NCBI GenBank assembly: GCA_964649235.1
Contig: CAZYOZ010000006.1
Span: forward strand, 1 to 57,190
Source: an uncultured Candidatus Bathyarchaeia archaeon
GTDB lineage: Archaea > Thermoproteota > Bathyarchaeia > 40CM-2-53-6
DNA: 57,190 nt
Direction: 5' to 3'
Notes under the pieces: model-generated
What the model saw: only the letters and a program-made list of their open reading frames with translations
What the model was told of the DNA's origin: nothing
The model's database searches: none
Made by a program: the position numbers and the translations under genes
Part shown: piece by piece, positions 56,926 through 57,190 of the stretch
Layout: each line of letters starts with the position of its first letter
Numbering within the stretch: position 1 is the stretch's first letter

Positions 56926-57190
56926 GCCCGTCACCGCGGCCTTCACGCATTCTTCCAGCGTACCGATTTTCGTGTTGAAGTTGTTTGTTCCGCGGGCATA
57001 GTAGCACGCCTTCGCAGAATCGGTCGCTAACACTTTGAAGCGTCCTTTCAATGGGGACACTGCCATGCACGTGTCGCAAGCAAACTTCGCCCCAGCTCGG
57101 CGAATTGTCTGCGCGTACCCGTCTCGTTCCGCTAACTGCATAGTCTGCCTCGCCGTGCAAATCCAGAACTCTCGGATCACTCTCTTGTCT
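56914..57190 (-). CDS. Aconitase X catalytic large subunit (DUF521), C-terminal part only; continues beyond the window
   Basis: 'ICTARQTMQLAERDGYAQTIRRAGAKFACDTCM...YYARGTN' is a DUF521-like C-terminus. The frame is open to the window end. Confidence 0.7.
   Translation of the reverse strand, partial: DKRVIREFWICTARQTMQLAERDGYAQTIRRAGAKFACDTCMAVSPLKGRFKVLATDSAKACYYARGTNNFNTKIGTLEECVKAAVTGRWS

Noticed and set aside
56519-57160. 213-aa version of the AcnX small-subunit ORF
   Set aside because: The N-terminal 79 residues overlap the DUF521 large-subunit C-terminus in another frame and look non-protein-like. The homologous region starts at 'MELVRG' (56925).

Overview
This 57.2-kb window reads as an archaeal chromosome segment. 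Supporting features are G1P-dehydrogenase-type and AcnX (phosphomevalonate dehydratase-type) genes, PGF-/PEF-CTERM surface proteins, a diglycine MoaD/SAMP-like protein, an intron-bearing tRNA with encoded CCA, and TATA spacing that fits leaderless mRNAs. Ordinary metabolic genes are present: 6-phosphogluconate dehydrogenase, malic enzyme, acetyl-CoA synthetase, an FGGY kinase, a glyoxylate-reductase-type dehydrogenase, a LIV-type ABC transporter and an ornithine cyclodeaminase family protein. Four things stand out among them. (1) A three-gene association of APC-family permease, metallophosphoesterase and a ~275-aa nucleotidyltransferase-like protein occurs three times (0.5-4.0 kb, 27.5-31.1 kb, 34.4-37.8 kb), each time in a different gene order. 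(2) In a 9-kb accessory stretch (37.9-47.2 kb), an intron-containing class-II tRNA (candidate tRNA-Ser) is followed by six co-oriented partial copies of its 3' part. These copies cut the region into six small cassettes carrying two VapBC pairs, MNT/HEPN, KaiC-like proteins and others, with no integrase visible. (3) Three paralogs of a KaiC/RecA-like protein have lost the Walker A loop. (4) A ~6-kb cluster encodes Thr/Ser-rich PGF-/PEF-CTERM cell-surface proteins. Two genes (EVE domain, HEPN) look frameshifted. I saw no rRNA, CRISPR array, transposase or integrase. All function calls come from reading motifs in the supplied translations; no database search was run.
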